Counted from the first letter of the stretch, positions 18,704-32,771 are shown. The stretch: 64,000 bases of DNA from an uncultured Gemmataceae bacterium (GCA_963750165.1 CAVVPN010000001.1:32001-96000), one strand, 5' to 3'. Notes: a model not told the origin generated them from the letters alone. Numbers and translations: made by a program.

Positions 18704-20374
18704 ATGAAATCCATCTTCGCCAGCAGCCTGGTGACCCTGGGCCTGCTCGTGATGGGAGCTGCCGCACAGGAAGGCCAGTGGAAGCCGGCGGCGCCGCGTT
18801 CCCCCATCCCCACCCCGGCCGGCACCAGTGCCGCCGTCAAACTCCTGCGACCGGTCCCGCTGACCGAGAGCGCCGCCCCCGGGACCATTCAGCGGGTGAC
18901 GTTCAGCACCGACGGCCTGCCAGCGGTCATCGCCCGCGGCAAGAACGGCGACCCGCCGCAGCCGCTGCCCACCGGCCCCACCGGCCCGCTGACCGCCGAC
19001 GACCTGTCGAAGGCCGCAAATCCCCAGGTTTGGGGAGGCGCGCCGCCGCCCGCGGTGCTCAACCCTGCCCCGATCTACCCCGGCCCGATGTCCGGCGGCA
19101 CCGTGCCACTGTCCCCGGGCGTCGGCCTGCCTCCGGGAGCCGTCGTCGTGGACGGTGCGGGTGTGGGCCAGGGCGCGGAGTGCGGCCCGGGGTGCCCGAT
19201 GCCGTGTGCGGACGGTTGTTGCGGTTTGCTGGGCAAGGCGGGCGACTGGTTCCACAACCTCAGCAACGGCTGTTGTGGCCTGGGAAATTGCTGCCAGTTG
19301 CCGCACTTCTGGGGCAGCGCTGAATACCTGCTGTGGACCGTCCGCAGCCCCAACACGCCGGCCCTGGTCGCGGCTGCCCCCAGCGGCGTCGCGCCAGATC
19401 TGGTCACCGGCACGCCGGTCTACGCCGGCGGAGTCAATCAGGGCGTCTTCTCCGGCGGCCGCTTCACGGCTGGCTTCACGCTGGGCTCCATGCCCAACCT
19501 GGGCTTCGAGGGGTCTTACTTCTTCCTGGGCCGCCAGACGAACAACTCCTTCTTCGGCAGCGACGGCCTGCCGGGCTCGCCCAACCTGGGCCGGCCGGTC
19601 TACACCCCCACCGGCGCTCCGGACGCCGAGTTGGTGTCGGCTACCGGCGCCCTGTCGGGCATCGTGGGCGTCCAGACCAGCACGGAGTTGTGGGGCGCCG
19701 AGGGCAACCTGAAACGGCGGCTGCTGTGCGGCTGCAACGGCTTCCTGGACGTGCTGGGCGGCTTCCGCTACCTGAACCTGCGCGAGGACCTGCAGATCAG
19801 CGAGCGGCTGATGACGCTGGTGCCCACGCCGCTGGTGCCGGCCGGCTCGCAGACGGTCGTGTTCGACGAGTTCCGCACCAGCAACCAGTTCTACGGCGGT
19901 CAATTGGGCGTGGCCGGCGAGTACCGGCTGTGGAAGAACTTCTTCGTGGGCGGCTCCTTCAAGCTGGCCCTGGGCGACATGCACGAGCAACTGGAGATCA
20001 AGGGCAATACCACCTTCCTGGTGCCGGGGTTCGCGCCGGCGACCGGCACGGGCGGTCTGCTGGCTCAGCCGTCGAACATCGGCAATTATTCCTCGGATCA
20101 CTTCGCGGTGATGCCGGAACTCGGGCTCAAGGTGGGCTACAACTTCACGCCCAACATCCGGGCGTTCGTGGGCTACGACCTGCTCTACGTGAGCAACGTG
20201 GTACGACCGGGCGATCAGGTCGATCTGGTGGTCAACCGTTCGCAGGCGCCGATGTTCCTGCCGCCGGGCGCGGTCAACCCGCCACTGGTGGGCATCCCGC
20301 GGCCGCGGCCGCTGTTCCAGACCACCGACTTCTGGGCCCAGGGCGTCAACTTCGGGCTGGAGTTCCGCTACTGA
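18704..20374 (+). CDS. BBP7-family outer-membrane beta-barrel protein
   Basis: Signal peptide, Pro/Cys-rich linker, FWGSAEYLLW, GFRYLNL.EDL, F.TSNQFYGGQLG, C-terminal GVNFGLEFRY. Confidence 0.88.
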   Translation: MKSIFASSLVTLGLLVMGAAAQEGQWKPAAPRSPIPTPAGTSAAVKLLRPVPLTESAAPGTIQRVTFSTDGLPAVIARGKNGDPPQPLPTGPTGPLTADDLSKAANPQVWGGAPPPAVLNPAPIYPGPMSGGTVPLSPGVGLPPGAVVVDGAGVGQGAECGPGCPMPCADGCCGLLGKAGDWFHNLSNGCCGLGNCCQLPHFWGSAEYLLWTVRSPNTPALVAAAPSGVAPDLVTGTPVYAGGVNQGVFSGGRFTAGFTLGSMPNLGFEGSYFFLGRQTNNSFFGSDGLPGSPNLGRPVYTPTGAPDAELVSATGALSGIVGVQTSTELWGAEGNLKRRLLCGCNGFLDVLGGFRYLNLREDLQISERLMTLVPTPLVPAGSQTVVFDEFRTSNQFYGGQLGVAGEYRLWKNFFVGGSFKLALGDMHEQLEIKGNTTFLVPGFAPATGTGGLLAQPSNIGNYSSDHFAVMPELGLKVGYNFTPNIRAFVGYDLLYVSNVVRPGDQVDLVVNRSQAPMFLPPGAVNPPLVGIPRPRPLFQTTDFWAQGVNFGLEFRY

Positions 20375-20376
20375 GA

Positions 20377-20452
20377 AGCGCTAAGCCGCAAGCGGCAGAA
20401 AAACGGGTTTGAGCGCTCCACCCCGTCTTTCTGCCGCTTGCGGCTTAGCGCT
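20377..20452. repeat. REP-like doublet (CTAAGCCGCAAGCGG family); further copies 20852-20880 and 28496-28575
   Basis: AGCGCTAAGCCGCAAGCGGCAGAA ... TTCTGCCGCTTGCGGCTTAGCGCT. Confidence 0.85.
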
Positions 20453-20526
20453 CCACGCTCCACGCGCTGGCCGCGTCTCCTATAATGGGGGCAGAGCAGT
20501 GTCCGCCCTTTGTGGAGACGGTCCCC

Positions 20527-20850
20527 ATGTCCCCTGCGCGTCCGGAGCCGCCGCGGCCGCTCGCCCTGAGTCGAGAGGGTGACGACCAGCTCATCATCGA
20601 GTGGAGCGATGGCCGCCGTTGCGTCTACACCTGGCAGCAGCTCCGTGCCGCCTGCCCGTGCGCCACCTGCCGCGAGCAGCGCGCTCAACCGCCCGACCCG
20701 TTCCGCATCCTCAAGACCGCCGAACTGCAACCGCTGCGGCCCACCGCCCTGGCGCCCGTCGGCCACTACGCCTACCGCATCACCTGGAGCGATGGGCACG
20801 ACACCGGCATCTTCACCCTGGAGTATCTGCGCGAACTGTGCCCGGCATGA
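20527..20850 (+). CDS. DUF971 / GBBH-like N-terminal domain protein
   Basis: L.IEWSDG, LRAACPCATC, VGHYAYRITWSDGHDTGIF. Confidence 0.9.
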   Translation: MSPARPEPPRPLALSREGDDQLIIEWSDGRRCVYTWQQLRAACPCATCREQRAQPPDPFRILKTAELQPLRPTALAPVGHYAYRITWSDGHDTGIFTLEYLRELCPA

Positions 20851-20906
20851 GCCCGTCTTTCTGCCGCTTGCGGCTTAGCGGGCTTCACCCGGATCGGAGA
20901 AGTATC

Positions 20907-21728
<822 letters not shown>

Positions 21729-21976
21729 CAACCGGACAAGACAATTGACGTGTAAATGTTTGCTTGCGCACATCCGTTCAGGAGATCATGACAACCCGGA
21801 GACAGGCGGGAAGGTCTGCCCCGATCCCCGAGATTCACGCCGTCCAGCGCAACTTTCCACCTCTGGGAAGCGCCTGACGGCAACCTATCGAATTGATCCC
21901 GCCGGCACATTATTTGCTAAAATAATGTGTGCGTTCTTCTCCCTTAAGTCGCCTAAATCGCCAACCCCCTCTGGTC

Positions 21977-23545
21977 ATGATGCGATCCACTGCCGCCAAC
22001 GGCGTACCGGCTGATGCCGACGAGGTATCCCCGCCCGCCCCCTTGGAATGCGACGCGGCCAGTCTTCTCGCCGGGCTGCCGCACGCCTGCTTTGTGCTCG
22101 ACAAGAACTGGCGGTTCACCTACGCCAATCCACGTGCTGAGCAATTGCTCGGCCGCCTGGCCGGCGGGGAGCATGTCCCATTGCTGGGCCGGGACATCCA
22201 CGTGGTTTGCCCGGAAGTGGCCGACAGCACCTTCACCAAGGAGTGCCGCGAGGCCCTGGCCGAACAGCACAAGGTCGAGGCGGAGACGTTCTACCCCGCC
22301 CTCGACCGCTGGTTCGCCGTCCACGTCTTTCCCGCGGGCGACCACCTGTGTGTCTTCTTCCAGGACGTGACCGAACGGACGCAGCTGGAGCGGCAGCTGC
22401 GCCGCCGTGCCGAACAACTGGCCGAGGCGGACCAGGACAAGGACGCCTTTCTGGTGCAGCTGGCGCACGAGGTGCGGAACGCCCTGGCCCCCATGCTCAC
22501 CGCCCTGCACCTGCTCGGCTTGCAGACGTTGACCGAGGCCGACCGCCAGGCCCACTCCCTGGCCGAGCGCGAGGCGCAGCGTCTCGGCCGGCTGATGACG
22601 GACCTGCTCAAACTGTCGCCACTGGCCGCGGAGTCGCCAACCCGCGAGCGCGTGTCCGTGGCGGCGGTCGTGGGCCAGGCGCTGACCGGCTTGCTCGCGG
22701 CCCGCGGCCTGGGCGGCCGCAACCTGACGCTGCAACTGCCGTCCGAGCCGGTCTGGGTGGAGGGCGATCCGAATCAGCTGGAGCAGGTCGTCTGGCACCT
22801 GCTGGACAACGCGGTCAAGTTCACCTCGCCGGGCGGCCACATTCACCTGTCCGCCGAGCGCGACGGCTCCGAGGTGGTGCTGAGCGTGCGCGACGACGGC
22901 GTCGGTCTGGAGCCGGACATGCTGCCGCAGGTGTTCAACCTGTTCATGCGCCAGGGCCCCGGCCGCTTCCAGGGCGGGCTCGGCGTCGGCCTGACGCTGG
23001 TGCGCCGCCTGGTGGAACGGCACGGTGGCAGTGTCACCGCGTTCAGCGATGGGCCGAACCGGGGTAGTGAATTTGTCATCCGCCTGCCGGTGCTGGAAGA
23101 ACCCGTGTCCGCGGCGGCGGCGGCGGCTGACCAGTCCACGGAGGGGCGCCAGCCGCTGCGGGTGCTGGTGGTCGATGACAACGCCGAGGTCGCCCGGGGC
23201 CTGACGCTGCTGCTGGCCCGCTGGGGCTGCGAGGTGCGCGTGGCCTACGACGGCCCCGCCGCCCTGGAAACAGCCCGGACCTGGCGGCCCGAGCTGGTGC
23301 TGCTGGACATCGGGATGCCGGGGATGGATGGCTACGAGGTCGCCCAGCGTCTGCGCCAGGAGCAAGGCGGCGAGGGCCTGACGCTAGCGGCGCTGACCGG
23401 CTACGGACAGGAGGAAGTTCGCGGCCGCGCCCGGGCGGCGGGCTTCGATTATCACATGGTCAAGCCGGTGGACCCGGGCGTTCTCAAGGATTTGCTGACC
23501 TTCCTGAAAACCGGCGCCGGCGCACCGATGCCCCTGAACGACTAA
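21977..23545 (+). CDS. Hybrid sensor histidine kinase (PAS-HisKA-HATPase-REC)
   Basis: PAS (FVLDKNWRFTYAN), LAHEVRN, LLDNAVKF, D.G.G, GLGVGL, receiver VLVVDD..LLDIGMPGMDG..KP. Confidence 0.92.
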   Translation: MMRSTAANGVPADADEVSPPAPLECDAASLLAGLPHACFVLDKNWRFTYANPRAEQLLGRLAGGEHVPLLGRDIHVVCPEVADSTFTKECREALAEQHKVEAETFYPALDRWFAVHVFPAGDHLCVFFQDVTERTQLERQLRRRAEQLAEADQDKDAFLVQLAHEVRNALAPMLTALHLLGLQTLTEADRQAHSLAEREAQRLGRLMTDLLKLSPLAAESPTRERVSVAAVVGQALTGLLAARGLGGRNLTLQLPSEPVWVEGDPNQLEQVVWHLLDNAVKFTSPGGHIHLSAERDGSEVVLSVRDDGVGLEPDMLPQVFNLFMRQGPGRFQGGLGVGLTLVRRLVERHGGSVTAFSDGPNRGSEFVIRLPVLEEPVSAAAAAADQSTEGRQPLRVLVVDDNAEVARGLTLLLARWGCEVRVAYDGPAALETARTWRPELVLLDIGMPGMDGYEVAQRLRQEQGGEGLTLAALTGYGQEEVRGRARAAGFDYHMVKPVDPGVLKDLLTFLKTGAGAPMPLND

Positions 23546-23683
23546 CCGACCGGTTCGTCAAGCCAGCGTCCGTTCAGTCGCGACGAGATTAGGCCGAACC
23601 CGGTGCGCCGCTCAGCCGTCTCGGCACAGATGTGTGTAATATCTTTTGGATTTTACAAGCAGTCATGAAGGTAGCCAGCTTCT

Positions 23684-24604
23684 TCACTGCGGCCCAGTAT
23701 CTTCCTGGGGATTGCCAACGCTCTCGAATTTCTCCTCTTGCCATTTCTCGTATGTCTGGCCGGTATCCTTCACTCGCCAGACTATGCGACCGTTTTGGTT
23801 ACCCCCGTAGACAACGGAAGCTGCCGCGCTGGGGCTGCTGAAAGACACGTCTTCGACGAAAATCAGAAGCCCATCCTGGTCAGCATCGATCAGTTTCCCA
23901 TCGGCAATAAGCTGGTCGCGCTGGCCTTTGTAGCTAGTCCACGAATCCACACCTTGTTTGCGAGCGGTCGAGTTTTTGAAAACGATGAAGGTTCCATCCA
24001 CCTCTTGTGCCGTGGCAGACGTTCCAACGGGGTTCATAAAAAAGACCGGCGACTGGATCCTCGCGACTGACTGGCTCGGCGGTTTCGCAGTCACTAACTG
24101 TTGAGTAAAGGGGAACCCGAGGACCGGAAGGACCATCTGTACTTGACCGAGAAAAAACTCCATGTCCGCAACGTCCGGTTCGGGCAACAGCGCGGGTTCG
24201 GGTGCGGTGTCATTCGCAAGGCGTGCCCTATTTGCATGTTTGGCCAAACCGATGAGGCGGCTCTCCAGGTAACGAACATGCGACTTCGTGAGGTTATCGT
24301 CCTTGCTGCTGATAAGAACGGATTGGCTCCAGAAATCCTTCTCTTCATCCTTGTTGTGTTTGAGAAGTCGGTTGAAAACGTTGTCACCCTCACCGATATA
24401 GACGAGATCCCTGGAAGTGTTCTCTGGATCAGGGCCGATGAGAAAGTAGACACCTGTCCGCTTTGCTTCCGGACGGCCGGCCAACTGGTCCAGTTGTGAC
24501 CGAGGCGAGACGACGACCTTTCCGGTCCAGTTCATGATTTCGGCGGTGAGGATTCCACTCGGAACGCCGTCTACAAGGTAAATGCGAATGGTTCTGCCGT
24601 TCAT
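23684..24604 (-). CDS. GIY-YIG nuclease family protein with C-terminal DUF4357-like domain; lower GC than flanks
   Basis: TGVYFLIG, YIGEGDNV..RL..H, LTKSHVRYLES, FSSPSAAA.VV.G...NGR..W. Confidence 0.85.
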   Translation of the reverse strand: MNGRTIRIYLVDGVPSGILTAEIMNWTGKVVVSPRSQLDQLAGRPEAKRTGVYFLIGPDPENTSRDLVYIGEGDNVFNRLLKHNKDEEKDFWSQSVLISSKDDNLTKSHVRYLESRLIGLAKHANRARLANDTAPEPALLPEPDVADMEFFLGQVQMVLPVLGFPFTQQLVTAKPPSQSVARIQSPVFFMNPVGTSATAQEVDGTFIVFKNSTARKQGVDSWTSYKGQRDQLIADGKLIDADQDGLLIFVEDVSFSSPSAAASVVYGGNQNGRIVWRVKDTGQTYEKWQEEKFESVGNPQEDTGPQ

Positions 24605-24707
24605 GAGTTACAACTCGCTAATGAGATAGGGGGTGGTTCTGGTAACCACTTAAAATCAACCATCAAGCGGTTTTATCGCACCGGGACCGCAGCTGGTAGG
24701 GGAAAGA

Positions 24708-25207
24708 TCAGGTCGGCGCGTTGCGCGTCAGGCCGAGCACGCGGTCGAAGTCGGCGTCGTTGCTGGCCAACTCCGTCAGGAGATGGTGCTCCATGACCGC
24801 GACGACCAAAGCGTCGCCAGTCAACAGTCCGTGCTGCTGGCAACGGGCAGCCGCCACGGAATCCAGGGCCAAATCCAGGGGCACGACCTGAACCCCCATC
24901 TGAGCAACCAGGTCCACCGCCTGCCGAAAACGGGTCAGTTTTTTGACCTCGACGGGGTGCTGTCGCAGGTGTGGGACAATGCCCTTGGCTGGCAAACCGA
25001 AGGCGTGCATGGACTCAAGCGTCATGACCCGGTGGCCACATCGCTGACCACGTGCGCCGAGGTGACACCAGTAATCTCCTGGCGCGCAATCCGGTCCATA
25101 AGTTGCAGGCAAGCCGCGCCGTAGCGAAGGTCGGCAGTGAAGTAGTACACCAGGGTGTTGGCATCGAGGAAAAGCCGGCTGCCCTTGGGAATGTTCGCGA
25201 AGATCAT
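24708..25207 (-). pseudogene. PIN-domain (VapC-like) toxin with a 1-nt frameshift near 25036 (may be a sequencing error)
   Basis: N-terminal FLDANTLVY in one frame (25022-25207), C-terminal LLTGDALVVA..LASNDADF in another (24708-). Confidence 0.8.
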
Positions 25208-25434
25208 GGCGACTCCAGGATGCCGAACTCATCGTCCTCGGCCACGCGCCGCAGGGTCTCGGCATCCCCCGTCCAGCGGAGCAACCCGAAGCCCTTCTGG
25301 ACGGCAGCCAGTGCCTGATCGACCGCGACAGGAACATGCACCGTCACCTGCACCCGTTCCTGCTCCTGAAGCGGCAGAACCTGGCTCAGTTTCAGCATGC
25401 CCTTTTCGTAAGTGGCCTCAACGGTAAAAGTCAT
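25204..25434 (-). CDS. DUF104/AF2212-like antitoxin
   Basis: MTFTVEATYEKGMLK...LPL.EQERVQVTV; ATGA overlap with the PIN gene. Confidence 0.85.
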   Translation of the reverse strand: MTFTVEATYEKGMLKLSQVLPLQEQERVQVTVHVPVAVDQALAAVQKGFGLLRWTGDAETLRRVAEDDEFGILESP

Positions 25435-25685
25435 CCCGAGATCCCCCGAAAGAAATGTCTTGAGGAATGGCTTTACTGTAGCTGACTGAAGTTCCCCGCA
25501 CCAGTCCACCTGAGTCCTCCCTGGCACCGTCGCCCACGCTTCCCCAGGGACGCTTACCGCTTTTACCGGAGCGGCCGGCAACTCCGGACCGTGGCGGCGA
25601 CCGATGCGGCTTGTCAGCCGCGCCGCCCGCGCCTTAAATAGAGGAGGTGAATCGCATCAGGGATTGAGGCTCTCGGATACCGCTC

Positions 25686-28483
<2,798 letters not shown>

Positions 28484-28591
28484 GGGGTATTTTCTTTCTG
28501 CCGCTGGCGGCTTCGCGCTGATACCCTTCTGACGTTAGATGGGTCGCAGCGCGCTCAGCCGCCAGCGGCAGAACGCAAGCCAGGGACACGC

Positions 28592-29842
28592 ATGTCAGTA
28601 GCCATCAAAGTACCGTCCGTCGGCGAGTCGATCAGTGAGGGCATCATCAGCCACTGGTTGAAGAAGGACGGCGACCTCGTGCAGGTCGAGGAACCGGTCT
28701 TCGAGCTGGAGACGGAAAAAGCCACCAGTCAGGTGCCGGCGCCGGCCAGCGGCGTCCTCCGCATCACCACCCCGGAAGGTGAAACCGTCACCATCGGCGC
28801 CGTCGTCGGTCAGATCGAGCCGGCCGCCGCGGGCGCCGCCAAACCAGCCGCGCCGTCGGCCCCGGCGCCGGCCAAACCCGCGCCGCCGGCCAACGAACGC
28901 CACAGCCCCGAGGCGGCGCCGCTGTCCCCCGCCGCGCGGCGCCTCGTCGCCGAGGAGGGCATTGACGCCCGCACCATTCCCGGCACCGGCAAGGGCGGCC
29001 GCGTCACCAAGGAGGACGTGCTCGGCGCTCAGGGGCGCAAGTCCACCGCGACCGTGGCTCCGGCCGCCCCGCCGCCCCCCGCCGAGCCGTCGAAACCCGC
29101 GCCGCCACCTCCCGCGCCTGCGCCAATCAAGCCCGCCGTCGGTCAGCGCGAGACGCGGCAGCGCATCAGCGCCATCCGCCAGCGCATCGCCGAGCGGTTG
29201 CTGCAATCGCAGAAGGGGACTGCGACGCTGACCACCTTCAACGAGGCGGATCTGAGCGCAGTGCTGGCTCTGCGGGCGAAGTACAAGGACAGGTTCAAGG
29301 AAAAGCACGAGGTCAGTCTGGGCTTCATGCCGTTCTTCGTGAAGGCGGCGGTGGCGGCGCTGAAGGCGTTCCCCCTGGTCAACGCTCGCATCGACGGCGC
29401 GGAGATCGTCTACCAAAACTACTACAACATCGGCGTCGCCGTCAGCACGGACAAGGGGCTGATGGTGCCGGTGTTGCCGGACGCCGACCAGCTGAGCTTC
29501 GCGCAGGTCGATCAGGCCATCGCAGCGCTGGCGACCAAGGCACGCAACGGCACCATCGCCGTCAGCGATTTGCAGGGCGGCACGTTCACGATCACCAACG
29601 GCGGCATCTTCGGCTCGATGCTCTCGACGCCGATCCTCAACCCGCCGCAGAGCGCCATCCTCGGCATGCACAGCATCCAGAAGCGGGCGGTCGTGGTCGA
29701 TGATCTGATTGTGGTCCGGCCGATGATGTACCTGGCGCTGTCTTACGACCACCGCATCATTGATGGCCGCGAGGCGGTGCTGTTCCTGGTGCGCATCAAG
29801 GAGTGCGTGGAGAACCCGGAGCGGTTATTGTTAGATGTTTAG
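28592..29842 (+). CDS. sucB: Dihydrolipoamide succinyltransferase E2
   Basis: Lipoyl domain [38 protein letters not shown]. Confidence 0.95.
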   Translation: MSVAIKVPSVGESISEGIISHWLKKDGDLVQVEEPVFELETEKATSQVPAPASGVLRITTPEGETVTIGAVVGQIEPAAAGAAKPAAPSAPAPAKPAPPANERHSPEAAPLSPAARRLVAEEGIDARTIPGTGKGGRVTKEDVLGAQGRKSTATVAPAAPPPPAEPSKPAPPPPAPAPIKPAVGQRETRQRISAIRQRIAERLLQSQKGTATLTTFNEADLSAVLALRAKYKDRFKEKHEVSLGFMPFFVKAAVAALKAFPLVNARIDGAEIVYQNYYNIGVAVSTDKGLMVPVLPDADQLSFAQVDQAIAALATKARNGTIAVSDLQGGTFTITNGGIFGSMLSTPILNPPQSAILGMHSIQKRAVVVDDLIVVRPMMYLALSYDHRIIDGREAVLFLVRIKECVENPERLLLDV

Positions 29843-29949
29843 AGTCGTCATGAACTGGGGTTCACCCAGAGTTCATGAAAATGGCCGCAACCACTGAACG
29901 TACCATCAGGAATGCGGCCTATTTACAGGGCAGCGGTTCGCAGTTGGGT

Positions 29950-30142
29950 GTAGCGGAAGTCGCCAGACTTCCGTCCGGTGCTGCTCGGAAGTCTGGCGAC
30001 TTCCGCTACACCCATTCGCAATCTGCAATAGCCACAGAGGACAAAGAGGACATAGAGAGAAAAACAGAGATTGGTTCTCCCGGCCACCGTTCTTTGAATT
30101 GATTTGTTTTTCTCTCTGTGTCCTCTGTGTCCTCTGTGGCTA
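29950..30142. repeat. GTAG REP doublet (29950-30009) plus 9-bp-unit inverted repeat (30029-30142)
   Basis: Same REP as 15061; TAGCCACAGAGGACAAAGAGGACATAGAG ... CTCTGTGTCCTCTGTGTCCTCTGTGGCTA. Confidence 0.85.
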
Positions 30143-30163
30143 ATTTTTTTTCAGGGGAGTGAG

Positions 30164-31567
30164 ATGGCGGATCGTTACGACCTGGTGGTGATTGGCTCCG
30201 GCCCCGGCGGCTACGTTGCGGCCATCCGCGCCGCCCAGCTGGGTAAGAAGGTCGCGATTGTCGAGAAGCGGCCCAGCCTCGGCGGCACCTGCCTCAACAT
30301 CGGCTGCATCCCCAGCAAGGCCCTCCTCGACTCCAGCGAACTGTACTACGTCGCCAAGAACCGCTTCTCGCACTACGGCATTGGCGTCGGCAATCTCACG
30401 CTCGACCTGGCCCGCCTGCTGCAGCGCAAGGACGGCATCGTCAAGAGCCTGACCGACGGCGTCGCTTACCTGATGAAGAAGAACAAGATCACCGTCGTCA
30501 AGGGCACCGGCAGCCTGGCCGGGGCCGGCAAGGTAACGGTCCAGCCCGAGGGCGGCGCCGCCACCGAACTGGAGGCCGGCGCTATCCTGCTGGCGACCGG
30601 CAGCGACGTGGCCACGCTGCCGTCGCTGCCGCTGGACGGTAAACACGTCGTCGGTTCCACGGAGGCGCTGGCCTTCGATAAAGTGCCGCAGCACCTGATC
30701 GTCGTCGGCGGCGGCTACATCGGTCTGGAGTTGGGCTCGGTGTGGGCGCGGCTTGGGGCGAAGGTGACGGTCGTGGAATTTTTGCCGCGCATCCTGGCGC
30801 TCAGCGACGCCGAGCTGGCCGGTATGATGCAAAAATTCCTCACCAAACAGGGGCTGCAATTTCACCTGGAGACGCGCGTCGTCAGCGCCGCCGTCAAGGG
30901 CAACCAGGTGGTCGTCACCGCTCAGGCCAAGGAACAGACGCTGACCTTTGAGGGCGACCGTGTGCTCGTCGCGGTCGGCCGCAAGCCGTACAGCGCCGGC
31001 CTCGGCCTGGAGCAGGCCGGCGTCAAGACGGAGCCGCGCAGCGGCCGCGTCGAGGTGGACGAGCACTTCCAGACGAGCGTGCCAGGCGTCTACGCCATCG
31101 GCGATTTGATCGCCGGGCCGATGCTGGCGCACAAGGCGTCCGAGGAGGGTATCGCCGTCGCTGAATACCTCGCCGGCCAGAAACCGCACGTCAACTACAA
31201 CGCCATCCCGAGCGTCATCTACACGCACCCTGAACTGGCCAGCGTCGGCCTGACCGAGGAGCAAGTCAAGGAGACCGGCACGGAGTACCGCGTCGGCAAA
31301 TTTCCGTTCAGCGCCAACGGCCGCGCCAAGTGCCTGGACGAAACCGAGGGCGTCGTCAAGATCATCGCGGATACCAAAACCGACCGCATCCTGGGCGCCC
31401 ACATCCTCGGCCCACGCGCCGGCGACCTGATCGCCGAACTGGTGCTGGGCATGGAGTACGCCGCCAGCGCCGAGGACATCGCACGCACCTGCCACGGCCA
31501 CCCCACGCTGTCCGAGGCCGTCGGCGAGGCGGCGCGGGCGGCGTGGCAAACGGCGCTGCAGATTTAG
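30164..31567 (+). CDS. lpdA: Dihydrolipoamide dehydrogenase E3
   Basis: GSGPGGY, GGTCLNIGCIPSK, GGGYIGLE, HPTLSE. Confidence 0.95.
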   Translation: MADRYDLVVIGSGPGGYVAAIRAAQLGKKVAIVEKRPSLGGTCLNIGCIPSKALLDSSELYYVAKNRFSHYGIGVGNLTLDLARLLQRKDGIVKSLTDGVAYLMKKNKITVVKGTGSLAGAGKVTVQPEGGAATELEAGAILLATGSDVATLPSLPLDGKHVVGSTEALAFDKVPQHLIVVGGGYIGLELGSVWARLGAKVTVVEFLPRILALSDAELAGMMQKFLTKQGLQFHLETRVVSAAVKGNQVVVTAQAKEQTLTFEGDRVLVAVGRKPYSAGLGLEQAGVKTEPRSGRVEVDEHFQTSVPGVYAIGDLIAGPMLAHKASEEGIAVAEYLAGQKPHVNYNAIPSVIYTHPELASVGLTEEQVKETGTEYRVGKFPFSANGRAKCLDETEGVVKIIADTKTDRILGAHILGPRAGDLIAELVLGMEYAASAEDIARTCHGHPTLSEAVGEAARAAWQTALQI

Positions 31568-31621
31568 TGCCGGATCGCGGGACAGGTGGTTCGCAGCACG
31601 AACGACTCCCCAACGGAAGCA

Positions 31622-31655
31622 CCCCGTTTACGTTTCGCGCGAAACGTAAACGGGG
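31622..31655. repeat. Palindrome of the CCCCGTTTACGTTTCGCG family (related copies near 52357 and 60062); possible bidirectional terminator
   Basis: CCCCGTTTACGTTTCGC-GCGAAACGTAAACGGGG between convergent lpdA and rpsR. Confidence 0.75.
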
Positions 31656-31681
31656 TGCTTCATTGCGCGAGCGACTGCTGT

Positions 31682-31924
31682 TTACTCGCCGACGTAGGGC
31701 AGCAGGGCCATGAAGCGGGCGCGCTTGACGGCGTCCTTGACGGCGCGCTGGTAGGCGGCACAATTGCCACTGCGCTTGCGGCTGAACAGTTTGCCCTGGC
31801 TGGTGCAGAGCTTTTTCAGACCCTGCACGTCCTTGTAGTCCACGAACACCGGTCGGGGGCAGCCTTCCTTGGTGCAGAATCGGCAGCGATTCTTGCGGCC
31901 ACGTCCGAGCTTCTTGCGAACCAT
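31682..31924 (-). CDS. rpsR: 30S ribosomal protein bS18 (Cys-containing form)
   Basis: CRFC, VDYKDV..L, GKLFSRKRSGNCA.YQR, AVKRARFMALLPY. Confidence 0.93.
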   Translation of the reverse strand: MVRKKLGRGRKNRCRFCTKEGCPRPVFVDYKDVQGLKKLCTSQGKLFSRKRSGNCAAYQRAVKDAVKRARFMALLPYVGE

Positions 31925-32035
31925 CGATCTCCTCGCCCTTGCTGGTTTGAAGGTTTGGCGGCATTTTCGGGAAAATGATACTTTAGAGGGCCGCCGAAGC
32001 CCTGTCAACCGGGCGCGTGAAAATAGCCCGACCTC

Positions 32036-32094
32036 GTGGGGTAGACCTTCCTGTCTGCCGCTTCCCGTGGGGCAGGCTGGAAAGCCTGCCCCAC
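32036..32094. repeat. GTGG-type REP (GGCAGACA-TTCC-TGTCTGCC family); copies 34782-34870 (three units) and 52385-52412
   Basis: GTGGGGCAGACATTCCTGTCTGCC-like units and their inverted partners. Confidence 0.85.
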
Positions 32095-32104
32095 GAAAAG
32101 GCGG

Positions 32105-32530
32105 TCACAGGCCGACTTCTTTCTTGAGGTTCTTGAACCAGTCGCTGAACCAGCCCGAGGAGGTCTTGTAGGCGTTGTCCTCAATGATCTGAATGCACAT
32201 CCGCTTGCACTGGATGTCCGTCCGCTTGCCCTTGGTGCGCTTCTTGCACTGGGTGACCGCGTCGTTGAATTCCTTCTCGTCGATCTTGCCGTCGTTGCCG
32301 GCCAGGGTGTCGAGCAGGTCTTTCAGTTCGCTCAGGACGCGGCTTTCCAGGATGTAATCCTGGGCGTCGCACACCTGGGACAGGGCCGCGCGGGCGCTGT
32401 CCACGCTGACGCCCTGTTGCAGGGCGATCTGCAGGATTTCGCGCTCCTCGTTTTTGTCGATGTACTTGTCATCGAAGGCGCGCAGTTTGACTTCTTCCAC
32501 AAACCGCCGTTTCACATCGTCCAGATTCAT
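32105..32530 (-). CDS. Hypothetical helical protein with two EF-hand-like loops
   Basis: AAGGAG RBS; strong codon bias; FDDKYIDKNEE and GNDGKIDEKEF. Confidence 0.75.
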   Translation of the reverse strand: MNLDDVKRRFVEEVKLRAFDDKYIDKNEEREILQIALQQGVSVDSARAALSQVCDAQDYILESRVLSELKDLLDTLAGNDGKIDEKEFNDAVTQCKKRTKGKRTDIQCKRMCIQIIEDNAYKTSSGWFSDWFKNLKKEVGL

Positions 32531-32771
32531 GCAGGGTCTCCTTGATAAAGGGGGGCATTTGCCCCGTGGGGGATTGGTTGAGGGAATGTTCCCATACCTC
32601 CGCGGTGGAGGCGCTCACACCTTGTTCGCTGGGAACCCGGTCGCATTTAGACGAAATCTCGCTCGATTATACCTTGCGCGCGCGGCGGTCAACCAGGTAA
32701 GTCCCCCTGTTCCCGGTCGGGCCGTCCTGGTAACCTTCGCCTTACGCCCACAGGCCGTCAAGAGGGAACCC

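Noticed and set aside
23590..23625. Possible attC right half downstream of the GIY-YIG gene (GGCTGAGC...GTTCGGC on minus strand)
   Set aside because: No matching R''/L'' half and spacing is off; too weak to call
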